From Sulfolobales archaeon (GTDB lineage: Archaea; Thermoproteota; Thermoprotei_A; Sulfolobales; AG1): a stretch of 41,246 bases of DNA. The translations under genes and the position numbers were made by a program. This document shows positions 16,770-26,333 of the stretch, piece by piece (the first letter of the stretch is position 1; every line of letters begins with the position of its first letter). Location: positions 1 through 41,246 of the forward strand of contig JAWBYA010000010.1 in assembly GCA_038867615.1 (NCBI GenBank), in the 5' to 3' direction. The notes below the pieces were generated by a model. That model was not told the DNA's origin. It was given only the letters and a program-made list of their open reading frames with translations, and ran no database searches.

Positions 16770-17477
16770 CTATTTGATTTCGAGGAAGCCCCAGTTCCAC
16801 AGCAGGCAGATCATCCACCATATGATTGGGATCGCTGCCCCTAGATATCGGTTCTTCTCAAGCGCCTCTAAAACCCCCATATCCCTGGGCACTAGGTTCA
16901 GGGTTACAAGGCTCCCATAGATATAGCCTACTAAGTCACTGACATATCCATCGAGCTCCCCGCTAGCCACAGCATCTATGTACTCGACTAGGAGAGGCTC
17001 GTAGATAGCTACTGCAAACCTGCCCTCGCCACCCCTTCTTCTATATAGTGTGTGGAAGCCGTCATGCGTGTAGGTGCCAACAACCCTGATAAGATCCATG
17101 CTCGGGACTATCCTGGGGTTTCTGCTGAATATCTCTTCGATGTTCTCTGGGTCGTAGTATGGCTTCAAACCCCTCGCCCTCAGATCATCCATAACCCTTC
17201 TAACAGCCTGGACCTCCTCAAGGCTCCACGGCCCCCTACCATCTATAGTTGGTATTACCGCTGCCCACTCGAAGAACTCCACCTGCGGTATGAACCACCA
17301 AGGCCACGTATACGGCATATCAGGGAGATACCTCTTGGTCAGCCTTATAGCCTCTGCCTCGAGGGCTACCTCCCACTCCCTCCCGCCGAGATCAATGGCT
17401 CTCCGGGTCTCTCTCCTGATCTCAACGATCCTACTCTCTATCTCCTCCCTACCCCTCTTCCTCCTAAAGAATATCAC
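16770..17477 (-). CDS. Hypothetical protein with C-terminal TM helix
   Basis: GTG start after GGGGTG; coupled to upstream small genes. Confidence 0.7.
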   Translation of the reverse strand: MIFFRRKRGREEIESRIVEIRRETRRAIDLGGREWEVALEAEAIRLTKRYLPDMPYTWPWWFIPQVEFFEWAAVIPTIDGRGPWSLEEVQAVRRVMDDLRARGLKPYYDPENIEEIFSRNPRIVPSMDLIRVVGTYTHDGFHTLYRRRGGEGRFAVAIYEPLLVEYIDAVASGELDGYVSDLVGYIYGSLVTLNLVPRDMGVLEALEKNRYLGAAIPIIWWMICLLWNWGFLEIK

Positions 17478-17478
17478 T

Positions 17479-17667
17479 CTACCCACCCCGGTGACTATGA
17501 GCCTTACTATATATATCTATAGCTCTCCTATTCAGAAGAGGCCTCGCATTCCTGATGGTTCTCACTCCCATGCCCATCACTATCTTGTCCACGATTTTTA
17601 GCATCCCCTCGAACAAGGATCTCCTGAGCATTGCCCTTCTCAGTGCATCTAGATTAATCACTGCCAC
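17479..17667 (-). CDS. Small basic hypothetical protein
   Basis: Fills the gap between coupled minus-strand genes. Confidence 0.5.
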   Translation of the reverse strand: MAVINLDALRRAMLRRSLFEGMLKIVDKIVMGMGVRTIRNARPLLNRRAIDIYSKAHSHRGG

Positions 17668-17941
17668 CGCCCCCGAGGATCTTCCTCGCTGCCCTTGCCA
17701 TCTCGATTGCCTCCTGCTTCAGTCTATAGCCGACTCTCCTCGGGATGCCTGGGAGAGCCTCCGCCTCCACAACCCCCAGATCCTGCATAGCCCTTATATA
17801 TCTGCTCACAACGCTTCTATGGGTTTTGACCATGCCAGATATATCCCCTATTGTTGGTGCGGAGCCCCTCTCATTCATATCCAAGATCTTCACAAGGATC
17901 TCTAGGAACTGCCTTATAGTATCCCTAACCGTGTATCCCAT
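17654..17941 (-). CDS. Winged-helix transcription regulator
   Basis: PTIGDISGMVKTHRSVVSRYIRAMQDLGVVE; GGTGGTGA before ATG. Confidence 0.8.
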   Translation of the reverse strand: MGYTVRDTIRQFLEILVKILDMNERGSAPTIGDISGMVKTHRSVVSRYIRAMQDLGVVEAEALPGIPRRVGYRLKQEAIEMARAARKILGGGGSD

Positions 17942-18020
17942 ATCACCACCGATAATCTATATCCTAGAATGCTTATATAGTTTCACAGTGTCATAGCATT
18001 ATAGTGTCTTTGCTGCGTAG

Positions 18021-19877
18021 CTATATAGCTACAACAGGCTTTGTTGAGAATGCCTCTAGCTCCTCCGGCGATGCGTAGATCCTCATCGCTAGCCTGTGCC
18101 TCCCAGCCCTGAGAATAGCCTCACCCGTCTCCGCGTTTACAAGCCCCTCGATCTCTGTGTCGTCTAGCCTGTATATGCTCCTCATAACATCCCACGCGGT
18201 TCTCTCCTGCCTCATGAGAATTGTTGTTGCGCTCTGCTCCAGCAGCGCCCTCCCCTGCGGGCTTGAGGCTATGTCCTGCGGCCTCTGGGATATATATAGA
18301 AGCACTAGGCCCCTCTTCCTACCCCTCCTAGCTATGTTTTCAAGGAGATCCATTATGCTTGGGGTCTCGTTGAAGAGCCATGCCTCGTCCACGAGCATCA
18401 ATGCCCTCCCAGGTGTCTTGGCTATCAATGTGTTGTAGATATATGATGCTATCAACGCGGATGCGAGGATCTTGAGCCTCTTGCTCCTAACACCCTTCAG
18501 CCCGAAGAAAACACTCCCACCCAGATCCGGGGGTTCTCCCTCGAAGAGGTTTATATCGGGTGGAGCTATAGCCCCCTCCAGATATCTGGCCAGCTCCGGC
18601 CTCCTCCTCCCGAGCATCTCGACGAAGCCCCTCATATCCCCCGCATCGTCGCTGTGCATGAATAGCTCGTGCCTCAGAGATCCTGAGAGCTCTCTGGGCA
18701 CGCTGTATATGTCGCATAATATGTCGCTAGCCTGCGAAACATCTAGAAACCCCCTCTGGATCATCTTTATAGGGTCTAGACCAAGCCTCGTTCCATCGGA
18801 TATGATCACAGGCTCTCCTCCGAGGAGCCTGAGGGCCTTGGGATCCACATACTCGTTCTCAGGGTCTATCCCGACGACGAGGGATCCTGGGAATAGGTCT
18901 CTGAACCTCCTCACAAAGACCTTCGCCGTCATGCTCTTCCCAGAACCGCTCTCCCCGAGGATCACTATGTTGTAGTTATGCCTAGCATATGGGTTGATGA
19001 CAACGGGGGATCCGGAGCTCGACATCCCCAGGAATATCCCTGGACTCTCGACGAGCTCCTCAGATGCCAGTGGATATAGCAGCCTAGCCCCCCAGCTATC
19101 CATGTAGATCCTATCGACGCAGGCTTCGAAGAAGAGGGGCGATGATCTGCATGGCCTGAGCTGGTATAGAGGCAATTGCATGAGCCTGGGGGCCCTGGCC
19201 CTCACACCATAGCTGGCGAGCCATGTAACAAGGCTCCTCTCCCTATCCCCGAGGGCCTCTCTATCTCTTGCCACAACCGTGAATAGTATCACTGCTCTGA
19301 GTAGCTCCCTGCCAGCGCCGAGGCTCCTTGAGATCTCATCGAGATCCTCAAGCCATCTAGCCCCCTCTATAGATCCCCTAGCAGCTGCCCCAGCCTTCCT
19401 AGCCCTGGCCCTCTGCACAATCCCTACGGCCCTGTGCCTTGGGATAACATCCCATAGGAGTATGAACTCATCTGCGATGTCTAGGGATGCTGATGGGAGG
19501 GCCTCTGGGATCTCTGGGGGTAGCTCGTATACCATCAAAACCCTTGCAAGGCTTCCATCCTCTAGCACGACGTGGTCTGGCTTCTCAGCTACTGCCCTCG
19601 GCCTCAGAGCCTCCACATCCCCCTCGCCTATCTCCCTCGCGTTGAACAGCCCTAGATCCCCTCTAAGCCCCTCCGCCCTTAGGATGAATATCCTCCTCCT
19701 AACCTCTAGAGAGAATCCCGAGAAGCTCTCCACAGAAACAGAAGATCTAGCTATGATCGCCCCCCTAGGCACGAGGGATAGGAGGGATGAGAACTCCGAG
19801 AGGATCTGATCCCTCTCATCTGGGGATAGCACTGCGAAGGGGCTCCCACCAAGCTGGAACCACCTAGCCCTGGCCAT
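18021..19877 (-). CDS. virB4: VirB4/TrbE-like conjugative ATPase
   Basis: NYNIVILGESGSGKS, IDPENEY, LVDEAW, RRGRKRG...ISQ, GEAIL. Confidence 0.92.
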   Translation of the reverse strand: MARARWFQLGGSPFAVLSPDERDQILSEFSSLLSLVPRGAIIARSSVSVESFSGFSLEVRRRIFILRAEGLRGDLGLFNAREIGEGDVEALRPRAVAEKPDHVVLEDGSLARVLMVYELPPEIPEALPSASLDIADEFILLWDVIPRHRAVGIVQRARARKAGAAARGSIEGARWLEDLDEISRSLGAGRELLRAVILFTVVARDREALGDRERSLVTWLASYGVRARAPRLMQLPLYQLRPCRSSPLFFEACVDRIYMDSWGARLLYPLASEELVESPGIFLGMSSSGSPVVINPYARHNYNIVILGESGSGKSMTAKVFVRRFRDLFPGSLVVGIDPENEYVDPKALRLLGGEPVIISDGTRLGLDPIKMIQRGFLDVSQASDILCDIYSVPRELSGSLRHELFMHSDDAGDMRGFVEMLGRRRPELARYLEGAIAPPDINLFEGEPPDLGGSVFFGLKGVRSKRLKILASALIASYIYNTLIAKTPGRALMLVDEAWLFNETPSIMDLLENIARRGRKRGLVLLYISQRPQDIASSPQGRALLEQSATTILMRQERTAWDVMRSIYRLDDTEIEGLVNAETGEAILRAGRHRLAMRIYASPEELEAFSTKPVVAI

Positions 19878-19883
19878 GCCAGG

Positions 19884-20186
19884 CTACCTCGCATTGGCGT
19901 AGCTGTATAGGGCGACGCCGAGGATCCATATGCCTGCCAGAATAGCTATGGATGCTATTACAAGCCTTCTAAGCCCTGGGAAAAGGGCTCCGAGGATGAA
20001 TCCAAGGGAAAACACTATGATCATCGACAGCCCCTCGGAGGCAGGCAAGCCGAGAGATCCTAGAAAAGCTAGTGCCCTGGCAATCGATGCCCTGAGAGCC
20101 TCGTAGACCCACGCAACGATCCTCACCAGTATCTCCCCAACCACCCTGGCACCATCGCTAGAAACTATTGACATCCATATACCCAC
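19884..20186 (-). CDS. Small membrane protein upstream of virB4
   Basis: 2-3 hydrophobic segments; 6 bp from the virB4 start. Confidence 0.7.
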   Translation of the reverse strand: MGIWMSIVSSDGARVVGEILVRIVAWVYEALRASIARALAFLGSLGLPASEGLSMIIVFSLGFILGALFPGLRRLVIASIAILAGIWILGVALYSYANAR

Positions 20187-20266
20187 ATAGATCTGGCAAG
20201 GGCTTAAAACAGCATCCCAGCAGGGCGTAGATATTTAAAGACAGGGGAAATATGTTGGGAGACGCT

Positions 20267-20582
20267 ATGAGCGGGGATCAGGTGAAACGGATAGTGCCGA
20301 GACCAGAGGCGTGGAGAAGCAAGAGGCGCCGCATAGTCCCGCCGCCAGAGGCGTGGAGACACGGCCCGCTGAGAAAGAGAGAAGAGCCAAACACCAAGCC
20401 CCCGAACACAAGCAACCCGCCAGCACAGAGAACCCGCATTACGGGGGGATGAGGTCATCTATATAGTCGAGGCTGAGGAGCTGAGGGTCTCTAAGGCTTG
20501 GTATGAGGATCTTCTTAGCGAAGTTGATAAACACTATTCGAAATATTTGGAGAAGCTTCGTGCTGGGCTTGGAAGGGGCTAG
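20267..20582 (+). pseudogene. Small gene split by a frameshift, possibly at a G6 tract
   Basis: ORF with twice-repeated RIVPxPEAWR stops after GGGGGG; a start-less frame DEVIYIVEAEELRVSKAWYEDLL... continues to 20582. Confidence 0.4.
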
Positions 20583-20870
20583 CTGAGTAATATCATTGTA
20601 TCCTGCGGATCTGCAGCTATGCCGAAGCCCCTAACTAGTAGATCTGCTACTGGTGCTACTCTATTTAGCTTCTTTGCATTCTTTCCCTAGATTTATTAAA
20701 GCTAGTTATTCCATTCTATGAAGATTCAATATAAGCTAGATTAAATATCGCTTCTACCTAGATACATGTATAAGACTTTATATATATACATATATATCTA
20801 TAAAAAATATATACTTGCATAGATAAACTTATATATTTTTTTCTTTTAATAATGTTTGGGGTGATAGGCT

Positions 20871-21461
20871 ATGACCTCGATATCTAGATCGATATTTAGG
20901 CTAGAGACCATAGCCATGCTAGTGGTGGGTTTAATTGTTGGTGGTATAGTGGGGCTGCTTGTAGCGCCTTCCATAGCACAGCCCCCGCCTCCAGCTGGTT
21001 CTGTGAAGACTTTCTATGTTCTTGAAACTGAGTGGGCTTTCGCTCTATATGATAGTGGGTTTAAGAGGATAGATAAGATCGTGGTTAATAGAGGCGATAT
21101 AGTTCAACTAATATTTATACCAATGACGTTCATGCCTAAGGAGCTTTACGAGGAGTTGGAGCACGAATTTATAGAGAAGGCTATCAAGGCAGGGCTACTT
21201 AGTAGTAAGGATGAGTTTGAGAAGTATGAGGAGCAGGCTAAGGAGACCCTTGCCAAGGAGGCTTATGGCATAAAATACATACCCCACGGCCTAGCCATTA
21301 GGGGTTATGAGGATAAGGCTAATGTGGTCTCAGAGGGAAAGCCCATCATCATCACATTTACAGCTGATAGGGTTGGCGAGTTTGATATTTACTGCAGCTA
21401 TGTCTGCGGATGGGGCCATGGTATCATGAAGCTTGATAAAGCGTTCATTGTTAAAGGGTAG
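20871..21461 (+). CDS. Membrane-anchored CuA-type cupredoxin (cytochrome oxidase subunit II-like domain)
   Basis: N-terminal TM; IPHGL...GEFDIYCSYVCGWGHGIM copper ligands. Confidence 0.85.
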   Translation: MTSISRSIFRLETIAMLVVGLIVGGIVGLLVAPSIAQPPPPAGSVKTFYVLETEWAFALYDSGFKRIDKIVVNRGDIVQLIFIPMTFMPKELYEELEHEFIEKAIKAGLLSSKDEFEKYEEQAKETLAKEAYGIKYIPHGLAIRGYEDKANVVSEGKPIIITFTADRVGEFDIYCSYVCGWGHGIMKLDKAFIVKG

Positions 21462-21754
21462 GAATCGTAATACTACCCATACCTTTAGTATATCACTTTT
21501 TACAACTAAAAGCCTCTCCCTTTTAATGCTGGATGGTTTTATTAGCTTTCCCCGAATAGATGGGGGAACCAATGAACCACCCAAAGGAAACCCTCGCCCT
21601 TCATGTAGAGATGGAGGATACATAGCTTATAAATCTCCATCCTCGCCATAAATGACGAGACTTCCAGTTGTAACACCTCAAGAAGCCTCTCCCCTCGTAG
21701 AAAACTAGCCATATATTTATAGAAATCCTTGGGGAAACTCTATAGGGTGCCCTA

Positions 21755-21901
21755 ATGCCACTGCTATCAAGAACAAAGATTGGCAGGGACCTGAGAACAA
21801 CAGTCCCAAGAGAGGTTAGAAAGCTACTAGGCATAACCGAGGGTGACATAGTGGAGTGGGTCTACGAGGATGGGAAGATAATCGTTAGGAGGAGTGTATA
21901 A
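21755..21901 (+). CDS. AbrB/MazE/SpoVT-family DNA-binding protein (48 aa, not in the ORF track)
   Basis: MPLLSRTKIGRDLRTTVPREVRKLLGITEGDIVEWVYEDGKIIVRRSV. Confidence 0.85.
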   Translation: MPLLSRTKIGRDLRTTVPREVRKLLGITEGDIVEWVYEDGKIIVRRSV

Positions 21902-21912
21902 GGGGTAGTGCG

Positions 21913-24900
21913 ATGGCTCACCGTATTGCTGGAGAGGTTGATGTTGAGGATAGGATTAAGGAGGTTCTGGAGAGGTTTGTTGGTCAGAGGTTCAATGGTA
22001 TTACAATAACGGCTGTGAAGAGGCAGTATGATGTTGACGGTAGGCGGGCTGACATAGCTGTACTCAAGGACGACGGCCTGCCCATACTCCTGATAGAGAC
22101 TAAGAAGAAGTATGAGAGGGGCGGGTGGAGGGTTGAGAGACGCTTCATACCCACATCCGAGGATGTTGTAGGCCAGGCTGTAGCCTACGCAACCATACTG
22201 AAGCATAGGGGCATCTACGTGCCCTTCGTTGCCACAGCTAACGAGTCACAACTAGCCCTATTCACGATCCCGGAGAACATAGAACAACTCGTAGACTGGA
22301 GAGCCGTAGAGGAGAGAGACTACGGCAAGGTTCTAAAGAACTTCTACGAGTTCAGACACAAATACCTAGTCTTCCACAGACCCCATAGGTTCTCTGAGGA
22401 TTTCTTCAAAGAGCTCCTGGAAACAGTAACAGGAGTATATGCTAAGAGGTTTGGAGTTGAGGAGAGGAGGCAGGAGCTACACTGGGCTCTAATAGAGGAT
22501 TTCAGGGGCTTCGTGGACTTCCTAGCACCCTTCATCCAAGATGCTATAGCCCCTAGAGGCAGGTTTAGGGATGATATTGCTAGGCTTGTCGAAGAGCACT
22601 CTATGAGGACGGGCTACACCCCGACGCCCGAAGGGCTGGCTAGAGAGATGGCGTATGTGCTGTTGAACAAGATCGTGTTCTACAAGGTTCTTGAGCGCTA
22701 CTACAAGCTACCCAAGCTGGAACCCCTATACGAGAGTGAAAAAGCCCAGTCGTGCCACGCCTACCTAACCGGGCTGAGGGAGCTCTTCGATAAGGCTGTG
22801 GAGGTTTCAAGGGATTTCGAAACCATATTCAGAACAGGTATATACGATGCAGTTGATGTTACTGAAGGCGAGGAGGTCCTCAAAACCCTAGATTGGCTTG
22901 TAAGGCTCATAGACCACTACGAGATAGAGAGGCTTGGGGATATCATAGGGTTCATATACGAGGATCTAATACCGGGCGAGGAGAGGCACAGGCTCGGACA
23001 GTTCTACACCCCTAGGCCCGTAGCGGAGCTCATAGTAAAGTGGGCTGTCAGGAGCCCCGACGATAAAGTGCTGGATCCAGGCTGTGGTTCGGGGACATTC
23101 CTCGTAGAGGCTTACAAGAGGCTGGCTGAGCTCAAGCTTAGGAAGCCCTTCAGCGAGGTCAAGCATGTGCCAGGTGATGTTCACAGGCAGATTCTAAGAC
23201 AGCTCTACGCCATCGATATAAACGAGTTCCCAGCGCACCTAACAACAATGAACCTCGCTATGAAGAATGTTAGGGTTCCAAGTCCTGAGACCAACATATT
23301 CGTTAGAGATTACTTCACGACAGTACCTAGGCAGGAATTGCTAGCACCATACATTGTTAGAACACCTGGAGGTGAGAAGCCCGCCAGGGTGGTGTTTGCG
23401 GATTTCGACGCAATTGTAGGTAACCCACCTTACACTAGGTGGACTGAGATACCTGAGGGTACACGAAGCCAGATTAGGGCTAGGCTAGGGGATCTCATCT
23501 CAGCCTACAACCTCACACCTCAGGTTGAGAGGGGTGTCGAGCCCGGTATCTACGTCTACTGGATAATGCACTCAACAGAGTTCCTAAAGGAGGGTGGTAG
23601 GCTTGGCATGATTATAAGTGACTCATGGCTACAGACAGATTACGGTGTGAATTTCTTCAAGTTCTTGTTAGATCATTATAAAGTCCACGCTGTAATAGAT
23701 ATATCAGCAAGGGTCTTCCCCATACCGCTCATTGGGGCGTGCATAGTTCTTTTAGAGAGGAGCTCCAGCGAAAATGAAAGGGGAGGTAATAAAACTGTAT
23801 TTATGTATTTAGACGTATCCAAAGGAGGTATAGATGTTGATGAAATACTCAAGCTCATAGATGAGGTAAAGATCAAGACATCATCAGGACAAGCAATAGC
23901 AAAGGAACTACCATCAGGAGCTAAAGTATTGATTAAGGTATATACTCAAAGCGAACTCGTGAAGCATGAAGGAAAAATCGTCAATCTGATTTTCAGCATT
24001 AATGATGTACTTAACAGCCTAAAACAAAGTCCATTAATTGTTGAGCTCTCAAGATACTTTGAGCCTAGCTACGGTAATATACTCTATTTATACTTAACAT
24101 CTATTGGAAGGATTAGAGGAGTAAGAAACGTTGGTGGTGAGGAGTTCTTCTACCTCAACGAGGATAGAATCCGACAACTTGGTATTCCTAGAGAGTTCTT
24201 ATATCCGCTGTTGCCATCCTCTAAGCACTTAAGATTCTTTACATTCACACAACAAGATTGGGAGGAGCTTAAGGGAAGAGAGGTTGAATGCTATCTCTTT
24301 CTATGTCATAGACCTCGAAACGTGTTACCTTCACAAGTCTTAAGGTATATACAGCTTGGTGAGGGGCCGGACGCTCAGATTAGGCTTAGGAGGAGGCCTG
24401 GAGAGCCTGAGGGTAGGCCTGTAAGCGAATCCCAGGCATCTAGGACGAGAGCTGAGCATAGGAACATATTCGTAGACTGGTATGACCTTGGAGGTGTAGT
24501 GGAAGCACCGATATATGTAGCACGTGGTACACAGTACTGGATTAGATTTATATTAGCTAAGTTCCAAAGCGCTTTAGATGATCGGATTCTCGCTCTGATA
24601 CCTAGGCAAGGCATTCAATTTGATGAGATTGAGCTTAAGGCTCTACTAGCATATCTAAACTCCTCGTTTGCACAGCTTCAGGCTGAGGCTATGGGTAGAA
24701 GTACTGGCGGGGGTATGATAGAGCTTGATGTGAGGCCCCTCAGCTCACTCTTAATACTGGATGTTAGGAGGTTGCCTAGAGGGGATGTTGAGAGGCTAGC
24801 ACAGCTCTTCGATAAACTTGAGTCTGAGGCTAGGAGGCTTGGTGGTGCCGACTCGGCCGAGAACGTCTACGGCTCTGAGCTTGCCGGGGAGCTTACGGGT

Positions 24901-25182
24901 AGAACCGATGTTAGGCCCGGTATCCAGGGGCTCTTCAACACCGTGATAAGGGAGATTGACTACGAGGTTGCAAGGATACTAGGGCTGGAACACTTAATCG
25001 AGCCTATCAGAGCCCTAGTCCTAACCCTGGCTGGGAGGAGGCTGGCGAGAGCACAGGAGGCTAGGAGGGAGGCTATCGTAGGCGAGGAGAGGGAGGTGGA
25101 GCCTAGAGGGAGAAGGGCTAGAAGGAGGGCTGGAGGAGAGGGGGGTTCTAGGGTTGTAAGGAGGCTCGACGAGTTCCTCTAG
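21913..25182 (+). CDS. Type IIG fused restriction endonuclease / N6-adenine methyltransferase
   Basis: RADIAV...LIETKK nuclease; GQFYTP, LDPGCGSGTF, IDIN, GNPPY; C-terminal TRD-like region. Confidence 0.93.
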   Translation: MAHRIAGEVDVEDRIKEVLERFVGQRFNGITITAVKRQYDVDGRRADIAVLKDDGLPILLIETKKKYERGGWRVERRFIPTSEDVVGQAVAYATILKHRGIYVPFVATANESQLALFTIPENIEQLVDWRAVEERDYGKVLKNFYEFRHKYLVFHRPHRFSEDFFKELLETVTGVYAKRFGVEERRQELHWALIEDFRGFVDFLAPFIQDAIAPRGRFRDDIARLVEEHSMRTGYTPTPEGLAREMAYVLLNKIVFYKVLERYYKLPKLEPLYESEKAQSCHAYLTGLRELFDKAVEVSRDFETIFRTGIYDAVDVTEGEEVLKTLDWLVRLIDHYEIERLGDIIGFIYEDLIPGEERHRLGQFYTPRPVAELIVKWAVRSPDDKVLDPGCGSGTFLVEAYKRLAELKLRKPFSEVKHVPGDVHRQILRQLYAIDINEFPAHLTTMNLAMKNVRVPSPETNIFVRDYFTTVPRQELLAPYIVRTPGGEKPARVVFADFDAIVGNPPYTRWTEIPEGTRSQIRARLGDLISAYNLTPQVERGVEPGIYVYWIMHSTEFLKEGGRLGMIISDSWLQTDYGVNFFKFLLDHYKVHAVIDISARVFPIPLIGACIVLLERSSSENERGGNKTVFMYLDVSKGGIDVDEILKLIDEVKIKTSSGQAIAKELPSGAKVLIKVYTQSELVKHEGKIVNLIFSINDVLNSLKQSPLIVELSRYFEPSYGNILYLYLTSIGRIRGVRNVGGEEFFYLNEDRIRQLGIPREFLYPLLPSSKHLRFFTFTQQDWEELKGREVECYLFLCHRPRNVLPSQVLRYIQLGEGPDAQIRLRRRPGEPEGRPVSESQASRTRAEHRNIFVDWYDLGGVVEAPIYVARGTQYWIRFILAKFQSALDDRILALIPRQGIQFDEIELKALLAYLNSSFAQLQAEAMGRSTGGGMIELDVRPLSSLLILDVRRLPRGDVERLAQLFDKLESEARRLGGADSAENVYGSELAGELTGRTDVRPGIQGLFNTVIREIDYEVARILGLEHLIEPIRALVLTLAGRRLARAQEARREAIVGEEREVEPRGRRARRRAGGEGGSRVVRRLDEFL

Positions 25183-25709
25183 GCTGGATAATAGAGGGTG
25201 GCTTCTAATTCCTTAACACTCTTCCTCCCTAGATTTGGTAACGTTATTGTTACCTTAGCATAGCTGGGAACTCTAGAGGACTAATTAGACACCCTTAGCC
25301 CTCCTGTACAGCTCCAAAGCCTCCTTTATCAGGTCATCGTAGTATGTGTTCAGCTTCTCTAAGAGAGGAGACCTAGCCACTAGCATAGCGGAGCTCCTAC
25401 TACAACAGAGTTGTGGAGAAGAGGACGGTACTCAAACATCAGGACAGCAGGTTCCGGAGTGCCTGGGCTTTGGCTGGATGAACATCTTAGAAGGGTGTCT
25501 CGGCACACCCAGCTAGCCAAGCATCCCTTTCAACCTCGTTAAAAGGGTGTGGCCGTGCTAGGGCAATGAATACCCTTTAAAGGAATATCTCCGGAGCTTG
25601 TCCCCGATAAGCCTTATGCGTGGGGTTTGGGGCGGCTATGGGATCCTCTTAGGGCTTCTCAGAGCTTATCCCTAGGGCGTGCCCTCAGCCTGTGGGGTAT
25701 TTATAACTG

Positions 25710-25934
25710 AAAGCCCGCTCTAAAAGGGCGGGGATGGTTATGGCTTATAAGCTTTCTAATATTGGTTTTGAGCCAAGGATGATGGGCTCCTGAGTGGGTT
25801 CTGGCCCCATACTGCTCACAGATGATAGATATAGCCCCAAATAGATGGGGGTAGGCTGAAAGCAATATAATAGTAAGACCATAGACCCGCCTGCCACAGC
25901 GGGAAGGGTGGGAATTTAAAGGGGAGAAGGTCAG
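25710..25934 (+). mobile_element. Non-autonomous IS200/IS605-like remnant
   Basis: Left hairpin CCCGCTC-TAAAA-GGGCGGG; right end GGGGAGAAGGTCAG matches 10877..10890 at 13/14. Confidence 0.45.
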
Positions 25935-25988
25935 AGCCGTGTTGTCATATATTTATATTATTATTTATGTATATTTCTTAGGTGGGTT

Positions 25989-26240
25989 ATGATGAAAAAA
26001 GATATTGTTAGAAGAAGGATTCCGGTTACTGCTATCAGCTCTGACGATGTGGTTGGGTTGCTGCGTAGGCTAGATCTATATGATGATGTAGTCAAAGGGA
26101 AGATCACATGTCGCTTCTGTAGAATAAGAGTAACGCTGAAAAACATAGGCGGAATATCAGTGGTTAGTGGGAAGACTGTCTTGGTATGCGATAATCCCGG
26201 CTGTATAGCCAGAGCAGCAGTTCTATCTAAGGAGAGGTAG
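25989..26240 (+). CDS. Small zinc-finger protein
   Basis: CRFC...CDNPGC; GGTGG before ATG. Confidence 0.75.
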   Translation: MMKKDIVRRRIPVTAISSDDVVGLLRRLDLYDDVVKGKITCRFCRIRVTLKNIGGISVVSGKTVLVCDNPGCIARAAVLSKER

Positions 26241-26333
26241 CATGTAGCTGGATCTGATGAGGATGGGTAGGCCTCTCCACACTGAAGCTCGAGGCTTTCA
26301 GCTGTAAGTCTCTGACGCGAGGATGCATGGGGA

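Noticed and set aside
25282-25390. RHH-like fragment TYYDDLIKEALELYRRAKGV on the minus strand
   Set aside because: Too short and lacks the N-terminal strand; remnant at best
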